Assembly (NCBI GenBank): GCA_964451475.1
Contig: CAYVII010000001.1
Span: 1-28,930 of the forward strand
Reading direction: 5' to 3'
DNA length: 28,930 nt
Origin: an uncultured Rickettsiales bacterium
GTDB taxonomy: Bacteria; Pseudomonadota; Alphaproteobacteria; Rickettsiales; 21-14-0-20-44-7
In this document: positions 14,141 through 21,894 of the stretch, one piece after another
How positions within the stretch are numbered: position 1 is the stretch's first letter
Layout of the letters: every line of letters begins with the position of its first letter
Made by a program: the position numbers and the translations under genes
The notes under the pieces: model-generated
Seen by the model: the letters and a program-made list of their open reading frames with translations, nothing else
Database searches by the model: none
What the model was told of the DNA's origin: nothing

Positions 14141-14407
14141 GTGGCGACAACCCTTAAAGTAAAAATCATTCCAAATGCCAGCCGGGAAGGAATTTCCGGC
14201 TGGTATGGCGATATGCTTAAGGTGAAGGTTATGCAGCCGCCGGAGGACGGCAGGGCGAATAAAGCACTGCTGGAGCTACTGGCAAATAGTTTTAATGTTC
14301 CTATAGCTACAGTAAATATAATCAACGGTTATAGCTCGCAAATAAAAACTATTCAGTTTCAGGATGATATAAAGTTTTTTGATTTTATTCCGAAGGAAAT
14401 TCCGTAA
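14141..14407 (+). CDS. DUF167 (YggU/UPF0235) family protein
   Basis: LKVKIIPNASR, LKVKVMQPPEDGRANKALLELLA and GYSSQIK match DUF167; GTG start. Confidence 0.85.
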   Translation: MATTLKVKIIPNASREGISGWYGDMLKVKVMQPPEDGRANKALLELLANSFNVPIATVNIINGYSSQIKTIQFQDDIKFFDFIPKEIP

Positions 14408-14462
14408 AGCTGCCGTATATATGATGCAATCAAAATAATAACTAAAATTAGCATTATTTATA

Positions 14463-14516
14463 TTGATTTCAAGGGTTACAAGAGTATAATCAAATTACTT
14501 CTAAAGCCTAAGGAGG
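14463..14516 (+). promoter_or_regulatory. Sigma70-type promoter and strong RBS for 14521..14802
   Basis: TTGATT (14463-14468), 16-nt spacer, TATAAT (14485-14490); AAGGAGG at 14510-14516. Confidence 0.55.
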
Positions 14517-14520
14517 TTTT

Positions 14521-14802
14521 ATGAAAAAAACATTAGCAGCAGCAATTATCGCCCTTGCGGTATTTGCAGCCCCGGCCGCGGAAGCTCGCGACAGGGGGCA
14601 CGGTGGCCACGGTGGTTATCATCACGGTCATCATTACAAGCATCATGACCGCGGTCATTATAAAAAACACAGGGTAGTTCATAACTATTACTATGCTCCT
14701 CCCCGTTACGGCTACTATAGGCCATATTACAAGCATTATGGATATAGATATGACTACTACCATCCAAGGCGTGATGGCGTGTTCATAGGCTTTAATTTCT
14801 AA
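14521..14802 (+). CDS. Secreted His/Tyr/Gly/Arg-rich small protein ending IGFNF (paralog 2)
   Basis: Signal peptide ending AEA, AAGGAGG RBS, GHGGHGGYHHGHHY then YYYAPPRYGYYRPYY, followed by a terminator-like hairpin. Confidence 0.8.
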   Translation: MKKTLAAAIIALAVFAAPAAEARDRGHGGHGGYHHGHHYKHHDRGHYKKHRVVHNYYYAPPRYGYYRPYYKHYGYRYDYYHPRRDGVFIGFNF

Positions 14803-14832
14803 GAAATTACCCAACCATGTTTATCCCTAGTT

Positions 14833-14869
14833 GCGGCCCGGAAGTAAAATCCCGGGCCGTTCCTTTTTG
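14833..14869 (+). terminator. Intrinsic terminator after paralog 2
   Basis: GCGGCCCGG/CCGGGCCGT 9-bp stem followed by TCCTTTTT, between convergent genes. Confidence 0.7.
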
Positions 14870-14886
14870 CACATATATTGTGCTTA

Positions 14887-15786
14887 TTACATAAATAGGA
14901 AGCTTTTTAGCATCATGCTAAAGTTTTTATGGCGGCGCATTTTGCGGTTTTTTATTCCCGCCAGCATTACCTTGGCAATATCTGTTATACGGTAATATGC
15001 GCGCTTCGAACGGTAGTAGTTGAATTCCTCTTTTGTAGGCATTGCGAAATACTGCTCTTTTTCACTGCTTACATCAATTGGCTTTAATTCACCGCATTTT
15101 ATTAGTCTTCGTGCCACTTTCTGAATCAGCCTGCCACCAATAAGAGCCGCCTCCACTAGCACTTGCTGCTGTGTTGCGTTTTCAGGAATACGAAATTCTT
15201 TGCGCTCAAGTATACCGCCGGTGTCTATGCCTTCATCCATTTTATGGATAGTTACACCGGCTTTAGATTCGTTGTTCTTCAGTACCCAGAAATAGCTGAT
15301 AGCTCCGCGGTATTTTGGCAGGTAGCCAGGGTGCATATTCCATACTCCGTGCGGCGCAAGATGAAGTATATCTTTTTCTATAAGCTGGCTGAAGAAGCAT
15401 GAAAGAATAACATCGGGTTTGTGCCTGCGAATAAATTCTGCCGCTTCAATAGTATTTACGTTAGGACAATCCATGACATCTATGTTTTTGCGCTTTGCCA
15501 ATTTTTTGATCGGCACAAGGGCAGTGTGCTTGCCGGGAATTAAACTGGTAAGATAAATTAGCGCGCGGGCAACTTTGTGCTGGAAGTAAAGTGTAAGGGC
15601 AAAACGCAGGCCAATTTTGCGGAAGTATTTTTTTAGGGCGCTATCACCTTTTTTAGTTACGGGTATTGGCTTGGCGCGAAGCATGCCCACTATCTCAATC
15701 TCGGGTGCGGTATCCAGAAGATTGAGCGCAACCGTGCTGCCAATATGGCCACTGGTGTAAAGAACAACGGCGCGGATAGGTTTCAT
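14887..15786 (-). CDS. Stand-alone N10-formyl-THF-dependent formyltransferase (Formyl_trans_N family)
   Basis: WNMHPGYLPKYRG and GVTIHKMDEGIDTG (Asn/His/Asp catalytic residues); lacks the Fmt GTP-F N-terminal motif and the Fmt C-terminal domain. Confidence 0.8.
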   Translation of the reverse strand: MKPIRAVVLYTSGHIGSTVALNLLDTAPEIEIVGMLRAKPIPVTKKGDSALKKYFRKIGLRFALTLYFQHKVARALIYLTSLIPGKHTALVPIKKLAKRKNIDVMDCPNVNTIEAAEFIRRHKPDVILSCFFSQLIEKDILHLAPHGVWNMHPGYLPKYRGAISYFWVLKNNESKAGVTIHKMDEGIDTGGILERKEFRIPENATQQQVLVEAALIGGRLIQKVARRLIKCGELKPIDVSSEKEQYFAMPTKEEFNYYRSKRAYYRITDIAKVMLAGIKNRKMRRHKNFSMMLKSFLFM

Positions 15787-16018
15787 AATCTTATTATAGT
15801 CCTAAAATAGTAAAATTTGGCTTAAAAACTCTGTAAGTACATGAGATGTTACAATATTTGCTGCACTGCATTATGATGCGCAGGTGCAATGCCATGAAAA
15901 CTTTATTTCCCAACTTGAGGCCGGAATGTAAAATTTATTCCGGGCATGTCAAAAAAGAGCTATAAAAAGACATGGCAAATTTTTTGCAAAACAGGTGAAA
16001 AAAGTTCTTTACATTCAC

Positions 16019-16049
16019 TTGAAAATTTGTAGAAAACGTGTTATATAAT
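16019..16049 (+). promoter_or_regulatory. Putative sigma70 promoter for the decarboxylase leader
   Basis: TTGAAA (16019-16024), 17 nt, then TATATA (16042-16047) with an extended-10 TG; an overlapping TATAAT lies at 16044-16049. Confidence 0.5.
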
Positions 16050-16051
16050 TC

Positions 16052-16199
16052 GTAGAGCCTAAACCACTCTACACTTTGGGACACTGAAGCGGTATATAGG
16101 GGAAACCAAGCTGGTATGTAATAGTACTACCTTAGGGAGGCCAACCATTAAAGCCAAATCAGTTATTTGTTAAAACGAATAACTTTGGGATTTTATGAG
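16052..16199 (+). ncRNA. Structured 5' leader, probable speF-leader-like cis-regulatory RNA
   Basis: About 150-nt leader of an ornithine decarboxylase with hairpins GTAGAG/CTCTAC, GGTA-GTA/TAC-TACC and AGTTATTTGT/ACGAATAACT. Context matches the alphaproteobacterial speF leader motif; the sequence resemblance is from memory only, no covariance model was run. Confidence 0.5.
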
Positions 16200-17429
16200 A
16201 TGGACAAATACCGCGACGTAGTTGCAGCAGTTAATGCTGTTTCTCCTTCTGAGCCTATGTACATTCACCGCCCTCACATTGTGAGCAAGGCTGCAAAATG
16301 GTTCAAATCAAATTTTAAAGGCAAGGTACTTTACGCTGTAAAGACCAACCCGCATCCTGCCGTGATCAGGCAGATCTATGATGCCGGCATCAAGAATTTT
16401 GATGTTGCGTCACTGGCCGAGATTGAGCTGGTAAAGTCTGTAGCTCCTGAAGCTAAGATGTATTACATGCATCCTGTAAAGCCGCGCGAAGCTATTGCGA
16501 AGGCTTACTTTGAGCATGGCATCAAAACTTTCTCGCTGGATAGTTATGTTGAGCTGGAGAAGATACTTGCTTCAACCAACTATGCAAAAGACCTGCGTCT
16601 TATGGTGCGTATCGCAATCAACTCGCCTTACGCTGAAATTTCTTTGTCTAAGAAATTCGGTATGGCTTGCGATGAGGCGGCGGAGTTCCTTAAATATGCG
16701 CGTAAGTTCAGCAAAAAACTGGGTATCTGTTTCCATGTTGGTTCGCAGTCAATGCATCCTGATGCATTCTCTGAGGCTATCGAAAAAGCGGGCCGTATAA
16801 TTGATGAATCCGGCGTTAAAGTTGATATTATCGACGTTGGCGGGGGCTTCCCGTCAGTTTACCCCGGTATGAACCCGCCTGACCTTGAGCGTTATATGCA
16901 AACTATCCACCGCAGCTTCATGAAGCTGGATCTTGGCGGTAACGTTAAGCTATGGTGCGAACCGGGCAGGGCGCTTGTTGCTGAAAGCGGCTCACTTGTT
17001 GTGCGTGTCGATCTTCGTAAAGATAACGCTCTTTACATCAACGACGGTACATATGGTGGCCTGTTTGATGCCGGTCAGCCTGAATTCGTGTTCCCTACAA
17101 AAGCAATGCGCACAAAAGGTACTGATTTTGACACGGAATATGCTCCGTTCATATTTTATGGCCCGACATGCGATAGCATTGACATGATGAAAGGTCCTTT
17201 CATGCTTCCTGCCGATATTCAGGAAGGTGACTATATAGAGATCGGTCAGTTGGGAGCTTACTCGCTTTCAATGCGCTCGGACTTCAATGGCTTTGGCAAA
17301 TATGTTGAAGCTGAGTCTGAAGACCAGCCTATTATGTCTATCTTCCGCCGTACGCAGGAAATGCCAAAAGTGGCAGCAGAAAAAATTGCTACACGAGGCA
17401 AAACGGCTATAACTAAATTCAGGAAGTAA
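16200..17429 (+). CDS. Fold-type III PLP-dependent ornithine(/lysine) decarboxylase
   Basis: YAVKTNPH (PLP Lys), FDVAS, FHVGSQ, DVGGGF, EPGR, GPTCDS, GAY. ATG 16200 after GGGA preferred over TTG 16167. Confidence 0.88.
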   Translation: MDKYRDVVAAVNAVSPSEPMYIHRPHIVSKAAKWFKSNFKGKVLYAVKTNPHPAVIRQIYDAGIKNFDVASLAEIELVKSVAPEAKMYYMHPVKPREAIAKAYFEHGIKTFSLDSYVELEKILASTNYAKDLRLMVRIAINSPYAEISLSKKFGMACDEAAEFLKYARKFSKKLGICFHVGSQSMHPDAFSEAIEKAGRIIDESGVKVDIIDVGGGFPSVYPGMNPPDLERYMQTIHRSFMKLDLGGNVKLWCEPGRALVAESGSLVVRVDLRKDNALYINDGTYGGLFDAGQPEFVFPTKAMRTKGTDFDTEYAPFIFYGPTCDSIDMMKGPFMLPADIQEGDYIEIGQLGAYSLSMRSDFNGFGKYVEAESEDQPIMSIFRRTQEMPKVAAEKIATRGKTAITKFRK

Positions 17430-17437
17430 ATTAAATG

Positions 17438-17482
17438 AACCAGCTCCGCCCCTTAAAAGGCGGGGCTTTGGTTTTTGTTTTT
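17438..17482 (+). terminator. Intrinsic terminator after the decarboxylase
   Basis: AGCTCCGCC/GGCGGGGCT stem (one G-U pair) followed by TTGGTTTTTGTTTTT. Confidence 0.75.
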
Positions 17483-17497
17483 AATTCAGAGGTCATA

Positions 17498-18049
17498 ATG
17501 AAGGCAATCCTAAAAATCCTTATACTTGTTTTCCTGCTTACCTCAGGTACTGCTCAGGCAGAAAATATCAATATCTACACTGATCAATCTAAAGGCATAA
17601 CCATAACAAAACCTTCTGACTGGTTCTTTGACAGGGATGAAACGCAAAACCTTGTTATTACGGTCGCTAAATATCTTGAGCCTTATAATGACCTTAACCC
17701 GAATATAGAGATAAGCGCGCATCCTGCCAGCGAGTATGGCACTACCGACCCTATGAACGTTCTGGAGTGGCTGCTTGGTAATATATCAAAGTCGGCAGAT
17801 GACTGGAAAGTTATAAAAAGCCCTGCAAAATCAAAGGTAGACGGGCATAGCGCCGCATTTGCCTATATAAGCAAGTCAATGATGCATGAGGGTGTGAAAT
17901 ACCCTCAGAAAATAAAAGTATGGATGGTGCATAAAGGAAATCATTTCATTCTTATAAGAGCTACTGTAAGAGGTGACGAAACTAATGGTTCTATGAAGGA
18001 ACTGGATAATATCCTTAGAACCATTAAACTAACTAAAGACCAGGACTAA
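17498..18049 (+). CDS. Secreted hypothetical protein, possibly PsbP/Mog1/DcrB-like fold
   Basis: ATG 17498 after GAGG; signal peptide ending AQA; ITITKPSDW...KVDGHSA...ELDNILRTIKL pattern resembles PsbP-like proteins. The fold call is tentative. Confidence 0.6.
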   Translation: MKAILKILILVFLLTSGTAQAENINIYTDQSKGITITKPSDWFFDRDETQNLVITVAKYLEPYNDLNPNIEISAHPASEYGTTDPMNVLEWLLGNISKSADDWKVIKSPAKSKVDGHSAAFAYISKSMMHEGVKYPQKIKVWMVHKGNHFILIRATVRGDETNGSMKELDNILRTIKLTKDQD

Positions 18050-18061
18050 AAAGGAAAAGAT

Positions 18062-19300
18062 ATGAGCGAAAATTCAGTGAAAGGTAATTTGCTAATAATC
18101 GGCGCAGGCGCGGCGGGTAGTGTTGTTGCTAAAAAAGCGGCGCTGTGCCGTGATGTTTTTAAGAACATCCATCTTGCAAGCCGTACTGTTTCTAAATGTG
18201 AAGCAGTTGCTAAGGAATGCGCTACGCCAATTGAAGTTTCGCAAATTGATGCCGATGATGCAAAGGCGGTTGCTGCTCTTATCCGCAAATTTAAGCCTGA
18301 ACTGGTTGTGAATATGGCCCTTCCTTATCAGGATCTGCCAATCATGGACGCATGCCTTGAAACCGGCGTGCACTACCTTGATACTGCAAACTATGAACCT
18401 AAAGACGTTGCAAAGTTTGAATATAGCTGGCAGTGGGCTTATCAGGAGCGTTACAAAAAGGCTGGCCTGCTTGCAGTTCTAGGCTGCGGTTTTGACCCGG
18501 GCGTTACCAATATTTTCACTGCATATGCAGCAAAGCACCTGTTTGATGAAATTCATTATCTGGACATTATTGACTGCAACGCCGGTGACCACGGCAAATC
18601 ATTTGCTACCAACTTCAACCCTGAAATTAATATCCGCGAAGTAACTCAGGATGGCCGTTATTTTGAGAATGGCGAATGGCATGAGATCAAAGCCCTGTCT
18701 ATTGGCCGCGATATTGATTATCCTGAAGTTGGCCCTAAAAAGTCATATCTTATATATCACGAAGAGCTTGAGTCTATCGTGAAGAATTTTCCTACGCTTA
18801 AACGCGCGCGCTTCTGGATGACATTCTCTGACAACTACATCAAACATCTTGATGTTCTGCAAAGTGTGGGCATGACTCGTATTGACCCTGTTATGTATAA
18901 CGGTCAGGAAATCATTCCACTTCAATTCCTGAAAGCGCTATTGCCTGAACCTTCTTCACTTGCCGAGAACTATCATGGCAAAACTTCTATCGGCTGCGTG
19001 ATACAAGGTATCAAAGACGGTAAGGAGAAGAAATACATCATCTATAATGTGTGTGACCATGCTATGTGCAACAAAGAAGTTAAAGCGCAGGCTGTTTCAT
19101 ATACTACAGGAGTTCCGGCGGCTACGGGCGCGCTTATGGTCATGAAGGGCTTGTGGAGCGGCACGGGTGTTATGAACGTTGAAGAGTTCAATCCTGATGT
19201 GTTCCTTGAAGAGCTTGCAAAGCAGGGCCTCCCTTGGTCTGTAAAAGAGCTGGATATAGTTGAAAAAACTGAGCCGGTGAACTTCAAGCTAGCGGCGTAA
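18062..19300 (+). CDS. Carboxy(nor)spermidine dehydrogenase (saccharopine dehydrogenase family)
   Basis: IIGAGAAG, HYLDTANYE, GCGFDPG, FATNFNPEIN, NVEEFNPD; TAATG-coupled to the decarboxylase downstream. Confidence 0.9.
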   Translation: MSENSVKGNLLIIGAGAAGSVVAKKAALCRDVFKNIHLASRTVSKCEAVAKECATPIEVSQIDADDAKAVAALIRKFKPELVVNMALPYQDLPIMDACLETGVHYLDTANYEPKDVAKFEYSWQWAYQERYKKAGLLAVLGCGFDPGVTNIFTAYAAKHLFDEIHYLDIIDCNAGDHGKSFATNFNPEINIREVTQDGRYFENGEWHEIKALSIGRDIDYPEVGPKKSYLIYHEELESIVKNFPTLKRARFWMTFSDNYIKHLDVLQSVGMTRIDPVMYNGQEIIPLQFLKALLPEPSSLAENYHGKTSIGCVIQGIKDGKEKKYIIYNVCDHAMCNKEVKAQAVSYTTGVPAATGALMVMKGLWSGTGVMNVEEFNPDVFLEELAKQGLPWSVKELDIVEKTEPVNFKLAA

Positions 19301-20406
19301 TGCTGGATACCTCAAAGATAAAAACACCTGCATATGTGCTGGATGTTGCGTGCCTTAAGGCTAACCTTGAGAAAGCGGCTTTCATCAAGCAAAAAACAGG
19401 AGTTAAAATTATTCTGGCTCTAAAAAGCTGGTCCATGTTCTCTGCCTTTGATTATTTAAAAGATGTTCTTGACGGTACAACCGCCAGCGGCTTGTATGAA
19501 GCTAAACTTGGTCATGAAGAATTCGGCAAGGAAGTGCACGCATATTCGCCCGCTTATGATGACACGGAAATTGAAGAGCTGGCAAAAGTTGCCGACCATA
19601 TTTATTTTAACTCAGCAACCCAGTACGAACGTTACGCTAGTAAATTACCCAATGCTAAACTTGGTATGCGTATCAATCCGCAGCTTTCACAGGTTAAAAC
19701 CGCTCTTTATAATCCGTGTGCACCATGCAGCCGTTTTGGCGTTATTGATGCAAATAGCTTGCCTGAGAATTTAGATGCCCTGCATTTTCATGCATTATGC
19801 GAAAGTAACGCAGAAGAATCTGCTAACTTTATAAATCATATATCTAAAAACTATGCAGCGCAGATTGCGCGTGTGAAAGAGGTGAATTTTGGTGGTGGCC
19901 ATTACTTTACTTTTGCCGGTTATGAAACTGAAAAGCTGATAAACGCGCTAAACGATTTTCAGCAAAAGCATGGCGTTAAGGCAATAATAGAGCCGGGTGG
20001 GGCGCTGGTTTATAATACCGGTTATCTTGTTTCCACGGTGCTGGATTTTGTGTTCAATGAAAAGCAAATAGCAATACTTGACACATCTGCAACGTGCCAT
20101 ATGCCGGATGTACTTGAAATGCCTTACCGTCCTAATGTAATAGGTGACGCAGAGGGTAACCTGCATAAATATTTATTTACCGGCAAAACCTGTCTCACCG
20201 GCGATGTTATTAGTGATTATGCATTTAAAGAGCCGCTAAAAGTTGGAGATAAAGTTGTATTCACAGACATGATGCAATATGCCATGGTAAAAAACACCAC
20301 CTTCAATGGCATTCCTCTACCTGATATCGGTATATTGGACGAGCAGGGCAAGTACCGCGTAGTAAAAGAATTTGGCTACGAAGACTTTAAGGGCCGTAAC
20401 AGCTAG
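19300..20406 (+). CDS. nspC: Carboxy(nor)spermidine decarboxylase
   Basis: LALK, YNPCAPCSRFG, HFHALCE, NFGGGH, EPG, TCHMPD, TCLTGD, KNTTFNG. Confidence 0.92.
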   Translation: MLDTSKIKTPAYVLDVACLKANLEKAAFIKQKTGVKIILALKSWSMFSAFDYLKDVLDGTTASGLYEAKLGHEEFGKEVHAYSPAYDDTEIEELAKVADHIYFNSATQYERYASKLPNAKLGMRINPQLSQVKTALYNPCAPCSRFGVIDANSLPENLDALHFHALCESNAEESANFINHISKNYAAQIARVKEVNFGGGHYFTFAGYETEKLINALNDFQQKHGVKAIIEPGGALVYNTGYLVSTVLDFVFNEKQIAILDTSATCHMPDVLEMPYRPNVIGDAEGNLHKYLFTGKTCLTGDVISDYAFKEPLKVGDKVVFTDMMQYAMVKNTTFNGIPLPDIGILDEQGKYRVVKEFGYEDFKGRNS

Positions 20407-20872
20407 TTTATAAGCTTTATCAATTCTTTTGTTGATTCGCGCAGGCTCTTTTTTGCATTAAATCCTTTTATAACTTTGCCGGTTTTTGTGTCGTGAACAG
20501 GGTTTGCGTCATTAGGGCTTAGGAAGTAACGGTAATCGACCGTAAGTTCCTCACCTGCCCTGATATTACGCAATGCAAACAAAATACCGCAGTGATACAA
20601 CAGGTTTGGCTTTTCCGAATGGTTCACAGTTTATCTTCAACCTTATACTCACCTTTTTTATTTACTAAAAATATATTCCCAACCCAGCGAATGGCTGTTT
20701 CTGTAACGCGCTTATTCTTTTGCTTTTGAGCTGCATCATATTCTTTTTCAGTTATTGCATTAGCCTGGAATGCTAAAATACCCACTACTGCAGCTTTCTT
20801 TATTTTCTCACGGGTAAAGCAGCCTTTTTCGGCGATCTCAGATTTTTTTATCTGTGATCTTACGAGCAGCAT
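20403..20872 (-). pseudogene. SET-domain methyltransferase gene split into two overlapping ORFs (20624..20872 and 20403..20627); frameshifted, naturally split, or a sequence error
   Basis: ORF1 (ATG 20872, TAATG overlap with the aguA stop) carries the SEIAEKGCF...IKK SET N-terminal motif and ends EDKL*. ORF2, in the -1 frame, starts at GTG with NHSEKPN...ALRNIRAGEELTVDY. Confidence 0.72.
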
Positions 20873-21894
20873 TAAGCCGGTTCCTGTTGTGTCAGGCAAT
20901 GAATTGTTCCCTGGCCAAGCACCAGATCCAGCGCGTGGATGCCCACAACTTCGCGTTTAGGAAAGCATTCTGCAAGCACGTTTAGTGCGATACGGTCATT
21001 CGGATCATTAAAGGTTGGAACCATTACGTATTTATTCGTAATAAGGAAGTTGCCGTAAGATGCGGGCAGGCGGAAATCACCGTAAAGCACAGGCTTTGGC
21101 ATAGGCAACTCAATAATATTGCACTTCGTGCGCTTCAGGCGTTTTAGATTTTCCTGCAGGTGTTTGTAATTCACTTCTTTCTTGTTAGATTCTACCACGG
21201 TTACAATTGTATCTGAATTAACAAAGCGTGTTATATCATCTACATGGCCGTGAGTATCATCGCCGGCGATCCCGTTTTCCAGCCAGATAACATCAGGAGC
21301 ACCAAGATATTTAGAAAATACTTCGGCGTAATCATCCTTGGTAAAGCCGGGGTTGCGTTCCTGTATTGGGCTTTGCAGGCATTCTTCGGTAACTAATATC
21401 GTGCCTTTGCCGTTAACATCCAGCGCGCCGCCTTCCATCACTACCTGCTTGCCTTTGTGCATCGGCACAATTTCTTTAAGCTTGAAGTGTTTGTTTATTT
21501 CGGTCGGGACTTGGTTATCAAACTTATGGTTCTTGTATTTTGCCCATGCGTTGAAGCGGAAGTTGCAGAATGCTTTTTCGCCGGCTTTGTTCTTTACGAA
21601 TATTGGGCCAGAATCACGCATCCAGCCGCGGTTTGTAGGAATTTCGTATATTTCAACGTTGTCCATATTAGCATTGGCTTTTTCAAGATATTTTAACGCC
21701 TGAGCTTTGTAGTTTTTGTTCTTAACTATAAGGCGCAGCTTTTCCGAATAGGAGATATAACGCCCCATTTCAGAGAATGCCCATGGTATGGGGCCAAACT
21801 TTGCGGGCCAATCCAGCGTGTAATGCGGCCAGTTAAGCCATGTTGCCACGTGTTTTTCCCACTCTGCGGGCATAGTAAAATTATTGCTGGTCAT
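20872..21894 (-). CDS. aguA: Agmatine deiminase (PAD/AguA family)
   Basis: MPAEWEKH, WMRDSGP, MEGGALDVNG, DDTHGHVDD, ASYGNF, GTIHCLTQQ (catalytic Cys). Confidence 0.92.
   Translation of the reverse strand: MTSNNFTMPAEWEKHVATWLNWPHYTLDWPAKFGPIPWAFSEMGRYISYSEKLRLIVKNKNYKAQALKYLEKANANMDNVEIYEIPTNRGWMRDSGPIFVKNKAGEKAFCNFRFNAWAKYKNHKFDNQVPTEINKHFKLKEIVPMHKGKQVVMEGGALDVNGKGTILVTEECLQSPIQERNPGFTKDDYAEVFSKYLGAPDVIWLENGIAGDDTHGHVDDITRFVNSDTIVTVVESNKKEVNYKHLQENLKRLKRTKCNIIELPMPKPVLYGDFRLPASYGNFLITNKYVMVPTFNDPNDRIALNVLAECFPKREVVGIHALDLVLGQGTIHCLTQQEPA

Noticed and set aside
14887-15786. Call as fmt or purN
   Set aside because: Lacks the Fmt N-terminal motif and C-terminal domain; longer than PurN and without its GxGSN loop.
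15846-15965. 39-codon ORF (MLQYLLHC...KKEL) upstream of the decarboxylase, considered as a SpeFL-like leader peptide
   Set aside because: No RBS, no resemblance to enterobacterial SpeFL, and it ends upstream of the likely promoter at 16019-16049.
16116-16124. ATG-TAA-TAG minimal ORF inside the leader
   Set aside because: No properly spaced SD; better explained as part of a hairpin.
20872-21894. AguA as a peptidylarginine deiminase paired with SET as a histone-code-like writer pair
   Set aside because: No signal peptide, and direct coupling to aguB makes agmatine deiminase the simpler call.
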